From assembly GCA_013115125.1 (NCBI GenBank), contig JABANN010000103.1, positions 1 through 64,000 on the forward strand: a DNA stretch of 64,000 bases. The letters run 5' to 3'. Below the pieces are notes generated by a model. The model was not told where the DNA came from and did not search any database. It saw only the letters and a list, made by a program, of their open reading frames with translations. Positions 34,570-46,102 of this stretch are shown here, in pieces. Made by a program: the position numbers and the translations under genes. Every line of letters begins with the position of its first letter. The stretch's first letter is position 1. This DNA comes from Perkinsus olseni. Its lineage: Eukaryota.

Positions 34570-36084
34570 CTACCGATTTTTCTCATCGACCAAGCTCGGT
34601 CGCGCCTTGTATTTCTCGTTCAATGCATCAGCCAGTCTATCCACTTCTAAGCGTTTCCTCGACAGCTCGTCACTTGGCTCTGAAGTGATTCTGCCCGTTC
34701 CCGACCTGAGGTGCGGAGATGTGCAGGAGGCGCGAGGGTGCAAACACCATGTGCTCACCTATTCACCTGGGCTCGCTTAGATTCGGCGAATGCAGTGAAC
34801 CTGGCGCGCTCCTGCTTAGTCATGTTTTCAACCATTCGGAAACAGTTGCCGGGCCCGAATGGGTCATCCTCACTGGCGCGGCTTGCTCTGCGTGGTTTAA
34901 CGCCTGCCTCCTGATTTCTGCCCTGATCGTCGCTCAGCATTCTCTCCCAGCCGACGAAGTCTTCGTCTTTCATGGGCTGCCTTCCCGGAGGCGTTGGCAG
35001 TTTCTGAGTTTCCCTCCGAATGTGCGGCACTGGATGACCACCGCTTTTCTCTTTTATTATTTGTCTCATCGCATGAGCGTTGGCAGTCTCGGGGTCCTGC
35101 TCGGCCTCGGATGAGCCCTTCGCACGGGCTAACCCACCGCTACGTTGCGCTCCCTCTCTGCTCGGCTTTTGAGACGGATCACATCTGAGTATTCCACCAG
35201 TGACGCCAAGCCTCAGCGATGATCCCGCAGTCTCCGGTGGATCTCGGGTACCCTCACCGTCCACATCATTTCGCCTGCGTGAGCAGCCTGGAGATGTCAA
35301 TGCATTATCAGAGATCCCTGTCGCCCGCTTGGGCTGACTCGTCAAATGATTCATATTAGCACTTCCTGCTCTGGAGAAGACCTCTGTGAGCTCACTATCG
35401 CTCTCTTCAGAACACGGCTCGTTTTCGAGAGTACTCGGCAGGTTCTTCTTGACATCTGCGTAGATTGCGGCGAAGTCATCACCAAGGCTACGATTGAAGA
35501 TCGAGAAATCTGACGGCTCCTCAGACTTGAAGTTCTTAACCGTCGTTTTGATAACTTTCAACTCCCTCTTCTGGGTGGAGTTTGTAGAAACGCTGAGAAC
35601 TCAAGGAGCATTTGACGACCTCGTGGAGCAGCTTTAGCCGCAAGGTTACTTCCTCATCAGTTGCCACTGTAGTTCCAACGCTCGAGCTGAGAAAAGCTGG
35701 CTCACGTCTTCAATGGGTAGGCCCGGGTCCTCATGGCAGAGTTGTAGACGCACCTACAAGATGCCCTTCCACCCAGGACACCGACAACAATCGTCCCAGA
35801 AAAAGCGGCGTCGAACTGCTTCAAGGATCAAACTTTCACGAGACTGATAATCCAGAACGGAGACTTACTTCCTCGAACTCGCCCGCAACCTTCTCAAAAT
35901 CGCCACCATGACGTTCCACACTCGCCAGAAGATGCTCACGCAAACCTTCCGGAAACAATCGTGTCTGATTTTCCATATCTGGATCACTTCCGCTCGTAGA
36001 ATGCACTTCAAAACACCTTTCATATTGACAGAACCTCGGCTCAGAATGAAGCTCAAGAAACTTTGAAGTTCCTGGATCGTACAC
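34570..36084 (-). CDS. Spliced hypothetical protein (possibly the N-terminal part of the 32387-34516 gene)
   Basis: Consecutive minus-strand open frames (35836-36084, 34755-35561, 34570-34758) with splice-like junctions; charged, low-complexity sequence. Confidence 0.45.
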
Positions 36085-36242
36085 TTAGCACTAAAGGTTA
36101 CTTTACTACAACTGAAATGAGATAGACGAAAGCGGGTTGGAAGCACAGGGAAGCCAAAGCGTCATTACCGATAACTTCGCCACCAGAAATCAAAATTTTG
36201 AAAAAAAGGTAACGAGGAGACAATACACACAGATACGAACCT

Positions 36243-37294
36243 TTACACGGTGATCAAGTCGCACTCTGGGGTCTTAGGTTTCAAAGCTGAGCGGAAAACT
36301 CTGTCCCAGTCCTTTGGGCCGTAGTCTGCAACCCTCGGCTCAGCTTCAATAGTAGCCCACGCACACTCTGTTTCGATCGAGAGAGCGTTTACACCGCTTT
36401 TGACATAAAAGTAGCCATTATCTCCCCAGAAGGTGCCCCAAGAGTTCTTGACGATCCAATACTCGCCAATATCGGGGTCGACTGCCCACCCCACGATCAC
36501 AACGTCGTGATCGGTCTCCTCTTCCTCGTTCTTAGCGCTGACAATATTGGTCCTCGGAGTACCGTCGCCTTCAATGAGTGTAGAAGTAATCGCACAAGAA
36601 ATAGGACCACGAGTGAAAATCTCAGCCTTCATCTGGTGAACGGTGGGGTTCTCCATCTTGCCGTACTCCTCGACGTAATACTTCCCGTACCTACAGTACT
36701 AGACACTTACACACGGCCATACCACATAGAAGGATAGCTGAGCAAGACTCTCTCAGGCTCGTACCTCTGAACAGGGTAGCAGGGCGCTCCCACTCTCGGA
36801 GGATCGCAATTGATGCACTTGTGGATATCGGTACACTCCTGCTCTTTGGCGATATATCCTTGGCACGAGTCATCCGGTATACCATAAAGTGAAGCATAAA
36901 CAAAGACACCATAATCGGTTCCACCGTCGCAGCTTCCAGCAATCTCTCCACCACAGTTCAGAACCACTTGCCGCGCGAGCATGACTTCCGGCCATTGCGC
37001 CTTGCGAGCGATCTTCAGCCTGTCATTCAGTACGCCTACTCCAGCATGTAACCAACATGAGCCGCAGTATCTTGGCGCGTGCTGATTCAGGACAGGAGTG
37101 ATGTAGTTGGTACCGTCAACATTTCTCCAATCGAACGCCTTGGGCAGAGACTCTTCAGTCCTGTATGTATACGGCAATGGATGAATGACCCTCGCAGGCA
37201 TGTCATCAGCTGGCATGTCATTACGAGAGCAGTTGCAGCTACCAGAGGCTAACGCGAACACCGAGGCGGAGAATATGGCTGCCTTGAGAAACAT
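36243..37294 (-). CDS. Cathepsin X/Z-like papain-family cysteine protease
   Basis: Signal peptide, short pro-region, LPKAFDWRNVDGTNY, NQHAPRYCGSCW (cathepsin X mini-loop insertion plus catalytic Cys), DHDVVIVGW (His), YWIVKNSWG (Asn); one intron at 36691-36764. Confidence 0.95.
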
Positions 37295-38397
37295 AGAGAG
37301 CGGGTTGAGGACTACTACCCGAAGACGGAGGTAATAAGCGAATAACTGAAGGCAACAAGATGCACATCGCCTGAGCACAACCTTATTGCAGGTGACAGAC
37401 CTCCCAACGGAAGGATCGTGACCACTTCCATGAAACCCAGGCATTTTTCACTCTCATTCCTAGAGAGAATCATACAATATTCCACATCATTAGAGCGATG
37501 ACCTTCTTCCGATAGCGAATGGGAGCAGCTCCCCGAAGCGGTGCATTGGCGAAAGTCTAGCGTGAGCGTGCTATGCTTTGGGGAGACAGTAACACACAAG
37601 ATGAGCTAGGCATCATCCGAAGCCGTATGAGCGGAAGAATGCGAAGGAACCTGAGCAGGGAAAACCATGTTGAGCTCCAAACAACATGACAAACCAACAG
37701 GAGTATGTTGCCATCATCTAATGCAGATGAAGACTGAATTGCTTCATTTGCCAAAAGGTTTCGGAGCTTCAAAGATTAAGAGCCAGGGAGCTTCTGGGTC
37801 GATCATAAAGTCCATGGTGAGAAGCATGAAGATGACTTTAGGTAGGAACTGGCTTAAAGCGAATCTCTTTGCACTAACTGCGTCGTACACGATGGCGATA
37901 CCCTTCAAGCACATACTACTGAGCAGAATAAACGGTGCAACAGAATCACAGAGAACCCTCCAAACATTGGCGATACACTATATCTGCTCCCTCGCTCGCC
38001 CCTTTACCCACTGTGACGACATAACTAACAACCATCTCTCTCCGTGAAATCTCCACGCGTAGTACACTACAAGATCACAGAAAGAATGAGAAAAATTGAA
38101 ATGATGAAATTTTAGTTGCTCTTACTTCGAGCTTCAAGGAATCCAACATAATAAGATGTTTCTGAGCCTCCAACATTCCTTAGCATTAGTGGTGGGATGA
38201 ATTAGGTTCGAATAAAAGCTACTGAGTCGGCCTTGACTCTGACGTCATTGGTGGTTCCGGGTACAAGATGGGTGCACTGACGTAGCTAGCTTGCTTCTGG
38301 AGTACCGATTATTCTGTCGCCCAACCGAACCATGGAATATCAGAACAGCTCCTCAATACTTGCTTGTAAAAGCGTAGGGCATTTCATTCAGTTCTTC

Positions 38398-40369
38398 TTA
38401 CGCGAATATACTCACAAGAACCAACAATCGCAGTAGCTCACGAGGAACTGAGGCAGAAATACCGCTCAGGCCCGAAGTCACACTTCCTGAAGCGGTCGAC
38501 GTCTCTGGGCTTATGGGCGTACTACCAGTGGGCATACTTGTGGTACTCCTGGTCACAACGCTGGTCACCGGCGCATCTGTAGAAGACACCGGAGCTGTGG
38601 TCGAGACCGCTGCTGAGGTTGACGAAGTCGAACTTGCAGTAGATGAAACGCCGGTTGTACTTGCACTAGAGCCCGTAGTAAGTGGAGATGAACTCGACGT
38701 CACACCGCCCGAAGGCGTCGAAGTCTCAGGGGTTATGGGCGTACTAGTGGGCGTACGTGTGGTACTCCCGCTCACAACACTGGTGATAGGATCTTCCGTA
38801 GAAGACACCGGAGCTGTGGTTGAGACCGCTGCTGAGGTTAACGGAGCCGACGTGGAAATACCGGTAGATGATACGCCGGTTGTGTCCATACCGGTGCCCG
38901 TAGTAAGTGGAGATGAACTCGACGTCACACTGCCCGAAGTCGTCGAAGTCTCTGGGGTTATGGCCGTACTACTAGTGAGCGAACGTGAGGTACTCCCGCT
39001 TACAACACTGGTGATAGGATCTTCCGTAGAAGACACCGGAGCTGTGGTGGAGACCGCTGCTGAGGTTAACGGAGCCGACGTAGAAATACCGGTAGATGAT
39101 ACGCCGGTTGTGTGCATACCGGTACCCGTAGTAAGTGGAGATGAACTCGACGTCACACCGCCCGAAGGCGTCGAAGTCTCTGGGTTCATGGGCGTACTAC
39201 TAGTGGGCGTACGCGAGGTACTCCCGCTCACAACACTGGTGGTAGGATCTTCGGTAGAAGACACCGGAGCTGTGGTTGAGACCGCTGCTGAGGTCAGCGG
39301 AGCCGACGTGGAAATACCGGTAGATGATACGCCGGTTGTGTCCATACCGGTGCCCGTAGTAATTGGAGATGAACTCGACGTCACACTGCCCGAAGTCGTC
39401 GAAGTCTCTGGGGTTATGGCCGTACTACTAGTGGGCGAACGTGAGGTACTCCCGCTTACAACACTGGTGATAGGATCTTCCGTAGAAGACACCGGAGCTG
39501 TGGTGGAGACCGCTGCTGAGGTTAACGGAGCCGACGTAGAAATACCGGTAGATGATACGCCGGTTGTGTGCATACCGGTGCCCGTAGTAAGTGGAGATGA
39601 ACTCGACGTCACACCGCCCGAAGGCGTCGAAGTCTCTGGGTTCATGGGCGTACTACTAGTGGGCGTACGTGAGGTACTCCCGCTCACAACACTGGTGATA
39701 GGATCTTCCGTAGAAGACACCGGAGCTGTGGTGGAGACCGCTGCTGAGGTTAACGGAGCNNNNNNNNNNNNNNNNNNNNNNNNNNNNNNNNNNNNNNNNN
39801 NNNNNNNNNNNNNNNNNNNNNNNNNNNNNNNNNNNNNNNNNNNNNNNNNNNNNNNNNCTGGTGATAGGATCTTCCGTAGAAGACACCGGAGCTGTGGTGG
39901 AGACCGCTGCTGAGGTTAACGGAGCCGACGTGGAAATACCGGCAGATGATACGCCGGTTGTGTCCACACCGGTGCCCGTGGTGGGTGGAGTCGTAGATAC
40001 CTTTCCCGGCTCAGTGGCTGCAGTAGAAGTAGCACCATGCGTTGTAGTCTTTGTAGCTTGTGTGCTCGGAAAGAATGCAGGGCTTGTGGTAGCGGCAGTC
40101 GTAGTAGTGGCAGCAGAGGTCTTGGTTGAGCATGGCACGGGCTGACCCGCGCACCCAGGATCTGCGGGTTCGAAACAAAGTGAACCGTTCGGGGCGCGGA
40201 TCATTCCGAAACAAACGGAGTTCGATTTACAGTACGAGCCATACTTCGACAACGCACAACTTGGCAACGTCGAACACAGTTGCGGACAAATATCATCACT
40301 TGATGTAGCTAATGCACTAGTGAAGGTCCAAACGGCTAAGGTAATAAGATGGTGAAAAATCATAATCAT
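38398..40369 (-). CDS. Secreted/surface mucin-like protein: signal peptide, small Cys-rich domain, S/T tandem repeats
   Basis: MIMIFHHLITLAVWTFTSALA signal; CPQLCSTLPSCALSKYGSYCKSNSVCFG...C...C...C 8-Cys domain; 76-aa S/T repeats; hydrophobic C-terminus. Interrupted by the N gap. Confidence 0.85.
38490..39980. repeat. 228-bp coding tandem repeat array
   Basis: gtagaagacaccggagctgtgg recurs at 38579, 38798, 39026, 39254, 39482, 39710 and 39876; period 228 bp (219 for the degenerate terminal unit). Confidence 0.97.
39760..39857. other. Assembly gap (run of N)
   Basis: 98 N bases inside the repeat array. Confidence 1.
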
Positions 40370-41120
40370 GTAACTAGAAAAAGCTACCAAATAAAGCGAG
40401 CGAACTACCTACCTACAGGATTTCTCAAGTTGAGGCGCATTCATTCGAAGAGATGTCACAAGTTGAGACTCTCATCTGGTGAATATTCAACGGAAACTGG
40501 ACATACGTCTCACTCATATCTGAAGTGAGACAGATGTTAAAAAACTCATGTGAACAGCAATATGAACTAAGCGGGCATCTTCGTTTAGGGATCTTCTAGA
40601 GGATACAAAATCACACAAACTGAACACAAAGCGTAGGCCGGTTGTCGCGACATCACGGAGCCATGTTGTTGATTAAGCTTCTGATGTAGCAGTGCACTTT
40701 TCTTTAATACCTCTGCACATGGATGCGAATCGTATTAAGGTTATCCCATGAGAAACCGCTTTAGCACAGCGAGCCCATTTACAACCCAAGAAATCTCCAG
40801 ATCAAACAATTCAAATCAAGACATATCTCCCCACGTATACACCACTAAATTGGCCCCAGTCGAGGTTTCTGAACATTCTAAGCTGCGGCGCATGTCCCCT
40901 GAATAGCGTACAAAGCTCAGCTCCTCCCAAAGGAGACAGAATAACTCAATGATACTAGTGACAAGATAACGAGTTCGAAGATTCGGCTACCCGTGAACAT
41001 CATTCTCCGATGCATCTTCTACGAGCGTAACATGGGCATAGCCTGGCTTCGGCAAAAGAGATAATTTCCAGAAGAAGAGAACATTAAACTCGGGTGGAGA
41101 AAGGCAAAACGTACATATCC

Positions 41121-41948
41121 TCATCGAAGTTGAACATCTCGGTCAACAAAAGGGATAGTTACGTTGTATCCCCCGTACTTCTGCCACCAAATGTGTAAAT
41201 CCAGCCCACTGTAGACATGCCAATTCAAGACGGAACCGCTCAACGTGCTCAACACCATGGAGAAATTCACTCTACTGTTTGCTTCCTCGTCCCCACCTGT
41301 AGCAACGACGGATGCGTTGAACTCGACGTCAAAATTCTGACCCAAGACCGCATACCCTAAAGGTGTAGAGAAAGGCATGCTCATGAACTTCCGTCCTTGG
41401 GTGAAAATGTCAACGTCACCGAATACCTCGAAGTTGGCAACGAACTTCTGAGTGCTGTTATCGAACCTAGTGCTGCCACCCTTCGTTCCGATTGTCACCG
41501 CGCCCACAAAGTCTCCTGGACGCCAATCGTGGAAAAAGTCGTACTTCACAACAGTGGCGCTGCCACCGGTGTTGACTTTCAGATACTGAGCGGTACCGAC
41601 GTCCTCGACGGCGAAGTCAAATCCAAAATTCACGCTGTTGTTCACGAAGACGTCGAAAAAATGCATATTTAGGTCGACTATCCACTCCCTACCCAAGTCC
41701 AATGAACCAGTCATACAGTACGTTAGATTGTCGACCCTAGTGGTGGGCCCGCACCCGGGTGGGATTGTGAAATTCGATGGACGTGCTTGGCGAAGTTCAA
41801 GACCTCTCCCTGGAGGAAGCAACATCGGTCGAGCTGGTACCACCATCAAGTAAACGGTCACAAAGAGTTGCCACTTTTCCATTGTTATCTGAATAGTATA
41901 ACTGAGAGAACCTTCAGCCGGCATGGCCTCGCCATTCTTCGCAGGCAT
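41121..41948 (-). CDS. Intronless putative secreted beta-rich protein
   Basis: 275-codon ORF; signal-like MEKWQLFVTVYLMVVPA from ATG 41882; several N-x-S/T sequons. Confidence 0.7.
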   Translation of the reverse strand: MPAKNGEAMPAEGSLSYTIQITMEKWQLFVTVYLMVVPARPMLLPPGRGLELRQARPSNFTIPPGCGPTTRVDNLTYCMTGSLDLGREWIVDLNMHFFDVFVNNSVNFGFDFAVEDVGTAQYLKVNTGGSATVVKYDFFHDWRPGDFVGAVTIGTKGGSTRFDNSTQKFVANFEVFGDVDIFTQGRKFMSMPFSTPLGYAVLGQNFDVEFNASVVATGGDEEANSRVNFSMVLSTLSGSVLNWHVYSGLDLHIWWQKYGGYNVTIPFVDRDVQLR

Positions 41949-42189
41949 ACACGTGAGAAGAAACTCACTTCTCTCGCATCCTCAGCTCTAGGTTACTACC
42001 TACCTCGAGTCGTAACGCACAAGCCGTCAGTCCCATCAACCCGACTAGATCCCTTTCGAACTCATGTACTGAACATAACAGACCTCCCGTGAACACCGAT
42101 GAATGGCGATATATTTGACTGACGGAATAGATGGTAGTAGCATATGCTAGCGATGAAAAAGCACATCCTAAAGAGTTGCGGTGACGGAC

Positions 42190-42232
42190 CGACTCTGACA
42201 CGAGCCTCCGCCGATCGCTCGTGTCAGAGTCG
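42190..42232. other. Perfect 16-bp inverted repeat (hairpin)
   Basis: cgactctgacacgagc-ctccgccgatc-gctcgtgtcagagtcg. Confidence 0.9.
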
Positions 42233-42270
42233 CACTGGCTCTAGAAAGACATTACGGCCGCAAAGACCCG

Positions 42271-43933
42271 CTATTCCCGCTTCATTTCATATCGCATCCA
42301 TCGTCGTCTGAGACAAACAGAGAACTCCTGAGGTGGTCTCACGACATCTTGCTCACTTCTTGGTGTGCTTATTGGAGGCAATGTGTTCTTGTATGTGGGC
42401 CACACAGTCGAGTCGCGTCCCACAAAGTTTACAGACGAAGCAGCTGTCGCGAGCTGACGAGTGATGAGACACTGATTGGATCGCAGATCGACGGTGGCAG
42501 TGCTTACTAGGAGCAATGTACTGCTCCCGCATTAGTCTAGACGGGTCTGGCATGTCACGTAAGAGATGTTGCGCTGCTTCACTTCGCCTGAGAATCCTTC
42601 ACTGAAGAAAACGGCGAGAGGGCGCAAGGCGCATCCTACCTCCACCCCATCCCGTCGTGAATCGCCTGCGCTTCACAATACCAGAAAGCGTGTTTCATGT
42701 AGTCATCATGAGCTCTCGAGTTCACGTGTCGAGCAGCCTACATACAGAATAGCCAAGAATTGGGCGTATCGAACTGGAAACTTACATCGTAGTAGCTCGG
42801 TAGCGGTTTCTCGCAATGCACACATCTCGATGTTCCAGCCGCAGTTTTCACAACACCGAGCTGAGAAAGGCTATCACCGTACCTAAACAACACCACGTGA
42901 GCCGAGCGTGAGACTATCACTCGCCGCTATCACTATCACTATCCTCGGACATGCACAAGATCCTATGTAGAACTCCCGGAGTTCCCTCGCTGCCGACAGC
43001 GGAGTTCAAGTGTGCTGCCAGCAGCGAGGAGTGAGTTCGGGAAAAAATCCAAAATTGCGGAATCCTCATACTACGAGAACAAGCTAGTTCATCAGAAGCA
43101 TATAAGTATACGCACGCACATACTCCCACGTTTTGACACACGAGAGATTCAGCGTCTTACTGGCCAAGCAGGCGCTACCTCATCTGTATAAAAGTCTCCA
43201 TATTCTCCCACACCTTGTTCCGTGACGCCTTCTGATGGCGTCGAGTGGATGAATGGAACCGAAGATCAGCCTCGCCCCAAAACTCCATATCACACAGCAA
43301 GCAGACGAAGTTGTTGTCCCTGAAGAAAGTGAGCCGTGGCAGGCAGCATACGCGGAGAGCCCATGCTATTTGCTTGGTCAGAAGTTCGATGATGCCATTC
43401 CCGACTCACCCGCGTTGCATAAAGCAGTCCTTACAGGCAAACCGCTCATCCGCTTCCGAGAAGTTCATCGGTACTTTCGGTAGCGTGGCTGATGACCTCT
43501 CATACGGTTGCTGCCAAACACAGCAAAAAATAGAATGTGGTAAACTGAGTTCGAACCACGGGCAGGACTCACCGACGTATGCATATGTCCACCCCTCCAC
43601 AGCACCAAAGCTTCGTTGGTTGTTCTCTTGGTGACGGCCAAAAGATAAGAGCCGTCGCCACACAGGCTATCACAGTCCTTAACTACATAGCTGTCGGTCC
43701 GACAAGAGGGTGCCCACATGTTGATTGCCAGCCTTAATTACTAGCGAGAGACCAAAAAAACTGAAACCTGATGGGAGATGGCGATCTGGACTGGATGCGA
43801 AGATCGGATCACGCATAAGTCGAGATTACCCATGACCAAAACCCAACGCCGACATCAAGCTAAACACGAACTGCTGATGACGGGTAGTGAACAAAACGGC
43901 TGGATGAGGACGAGGATACGAGGGCATGTCCAT
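42271..43933 (-). CDS. Multi C2H2/U1-like zinc-finger protein, paralogue B
   Basis: Exons CLLCDMEFWGEADLRFHSSTRRH, CVHCEKPLPSYYD|AARHVNSRAH and CKLCGTRLDCVAHIQEHIASNKH; ends RRWMRYEMKRE*. Start uncertain. Confidence 0.7.
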
Positions 43934-44084
43934 CCGGCATCAGGAAACCACACGGGCTGGTAGCCCTAATGGTATTGGTCTTCAGCAAAACCCGCCAAGT
44001 CAATAAGCGAAGTGACAAAAAACATTTACATCCGGCCTTGGCCACAGTAGCCACACACTGGGAATGAGCAATGCGCTGGAGCGC

Positions 44085-45928
44085 CTAATTTGAGCGCATA
44101 CGTTTACTAGAGCTGACTTCAGCCTCCCACTCGCTCCATCTTTTCCTGAGTGGGAAAGAGTCAGGCGGAGGAGCTCCAACTATAGCGCACTCACTTTTTT
44201 AGGTGTCCCCGTGAAGCGACGTGCTCCTGCACTCGGGAAAGGCAGTCTAATGTACTGCCGCACAAGTCGCAACGAAAGCAGCACTTAGCGATGCTTGTAG
44301 AATTATCCACTGGAAAAAGTATGTACGGGGAGAGTCGATGAAAGAGTCAGTAATCGAGAGCCGTGACGCAACTCGCTTTCCGAGAGGACACCATGCTGAA
44401 ACCAGCGAGTTCAAACCCACCACACGCGAATAAAGGAACTTCAACATCCGCCCCCCGGGTGATAGGTGCGGCAGATCCTATTACCTGGGATTATCCCCTC
44501 CTCATCGATGAGTCGCTTAGGGTCGGGCATGTCCTTGAGAAGGTAGGTAGCGACAGCTCGCCACTGGCGATCCACACTGAGATAACAACCCTGCATCTGA
44601 TATTCACCGAGTGGATTACCCGGAACCTCATCTTACCCCGTGGTATTCTCTCCCGTGAATACAGCTCTCGCATCTAGCCACCATGCATAGTGTTGAGAAT
44701 ACTCGAAGTGCTTGATAGAGTTCACATGGCTCGCTGCCTAGCGACCACCGCATAGAGGCCTCATGCGGCTACTCCCACGGGACTTACGTCATAGTAACTC
44801 TGCAACGGCACATCGCACATAGTGCAAAGTAAAGTGTTCGCCGCTGTTTCAATTACTCCCAACTGTCTTAAGTCGTTTGAATGCCTGAGCGACTGACTGG
44901 AACTCGGCGCTATATCGACCTGTGAGGCTTACCGCCGCTTGATGAAGACCTCAATATTTTCCCATATTTTATAGCCAACTCCCTTCTGATGGCGTTTAGT
45001 AGTCTCGTGTAGTGTGACTTCCCCAGGACTCCACAGGTCCATCTCACACAAGGTACAGGTCCAGCCATCATTCCTACGCAAGGCGGACCGGAGTAATAGT
45101 ACTGATCCAGCTCAACTCCACCCTTACCTTTTTCTCCTGATACAATCCTCACAGGCGAACCTCGGGTCCTTCTCATTCCAATCTTTCGGTACTCTCGGCA
45201 GCGGGGATTTTGGATCGGTGGAGCGACACTAAAACGGCACAGACCAACTAGTTGAGCCGCAACTACCAGCTGATTCTGACACGGGACTTCGGAGGACTCC
45301 TGATCCAGACCCTGCGATGACGACAGGTACTCCATCACTCATTCCTCAGTTTTCCTGCTACTCCCGTCGGCCGTCATACGATAAACTTACCCTTCTTCCC
45401 GTTTGCGTTGCATCTCGAACGGGAGCAGGCCTCAGAACGATGGAGTTATCGCATGACCTGCGAGTCCTCCCACGCGGTTCTAGTCGCAAGCCGATTCTCG
45501 CCGGATCGGGAGGCGAGCTAGGTTTAGCAGGTCTCAACACAGCGGTCGTCGAAGCAGCCGATCTCTGACAAGAGTTGATTTACCCAAAGGAACGAGTGGT
45601 TCTGCTCCCACCTAACCCTATCTACGCGGAAGAAGTGAAAGTTGCGCATGAATCGAGAAGCAGATGTAATACTTATCGGTCAACTTGAGACTCCTCAACC
45701 CCCCTTCCAAACGACTCAAGAACGGAAGTCAGTCCCGTATGGAGCTCACCCTGCGCCGCGCTTGTTTATGTTCGGTCCAGAACCCAGCACCTCCGAGATC
45801 GGGTGCCGATCTCGATGGAAACCCGGGGAGCGGAGGGACCCTCGGGGATCCAAAATCCGAAGGGCAATAAGTTGAAGGTGTACTGGCGCGGTCAAAATCC
45901 TGAGGATTGGCGATGGATCATCATGCAT
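44085..45928 (-). CDS. Multi C2H2/U1-like zinc-finger protein, paralogue A
   Basis: Exons CTLCEMDLWSPGEVTLHETTKRH, CTMCDVPLQSYYD|AASHVNSIKH and CDLCGSTLDCLSRVQEHVASRGH; ends RWSEWEAEVSSSKRMRSN*. Start uncertain. Confidence 0.7.
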
Positions 45929-46102
45929 CTAGGCAAGCCCGGCGATCACATGATGCTATGGAGCTCGAAAACCGATGGGCGTAACGAAAAGGTAAGGATG
46001 AGAATGCTCGGCTATCAACCCACGAAGAATTTCCCTGTCAGAGTTGTTCTAATCTAACTGCGTCGATGGATTCACATGTTGAGTCAAAACGATGAAATGC
46101 AC

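Noticed and set aside
38101-38165. ATGATGA...CTGA box C/D snoRNA-like pattern
   Set aside because: No terminal stem and no rRNA complement that I could recognise; the motifs are short enough to be chance.
38579-39900. CRISPR-like periodic repeats
   Set aside because: The whole 228-bp unit repeats with no unique spacers; it is coding and eukaryotic.
38513-39913. 466-aa plus-strand Val/Glu-rich ORF
   Set aside because: Antisense shadow of the Ser/Thr repeat; the minus strand has the signal peptide and Cys-rich head.
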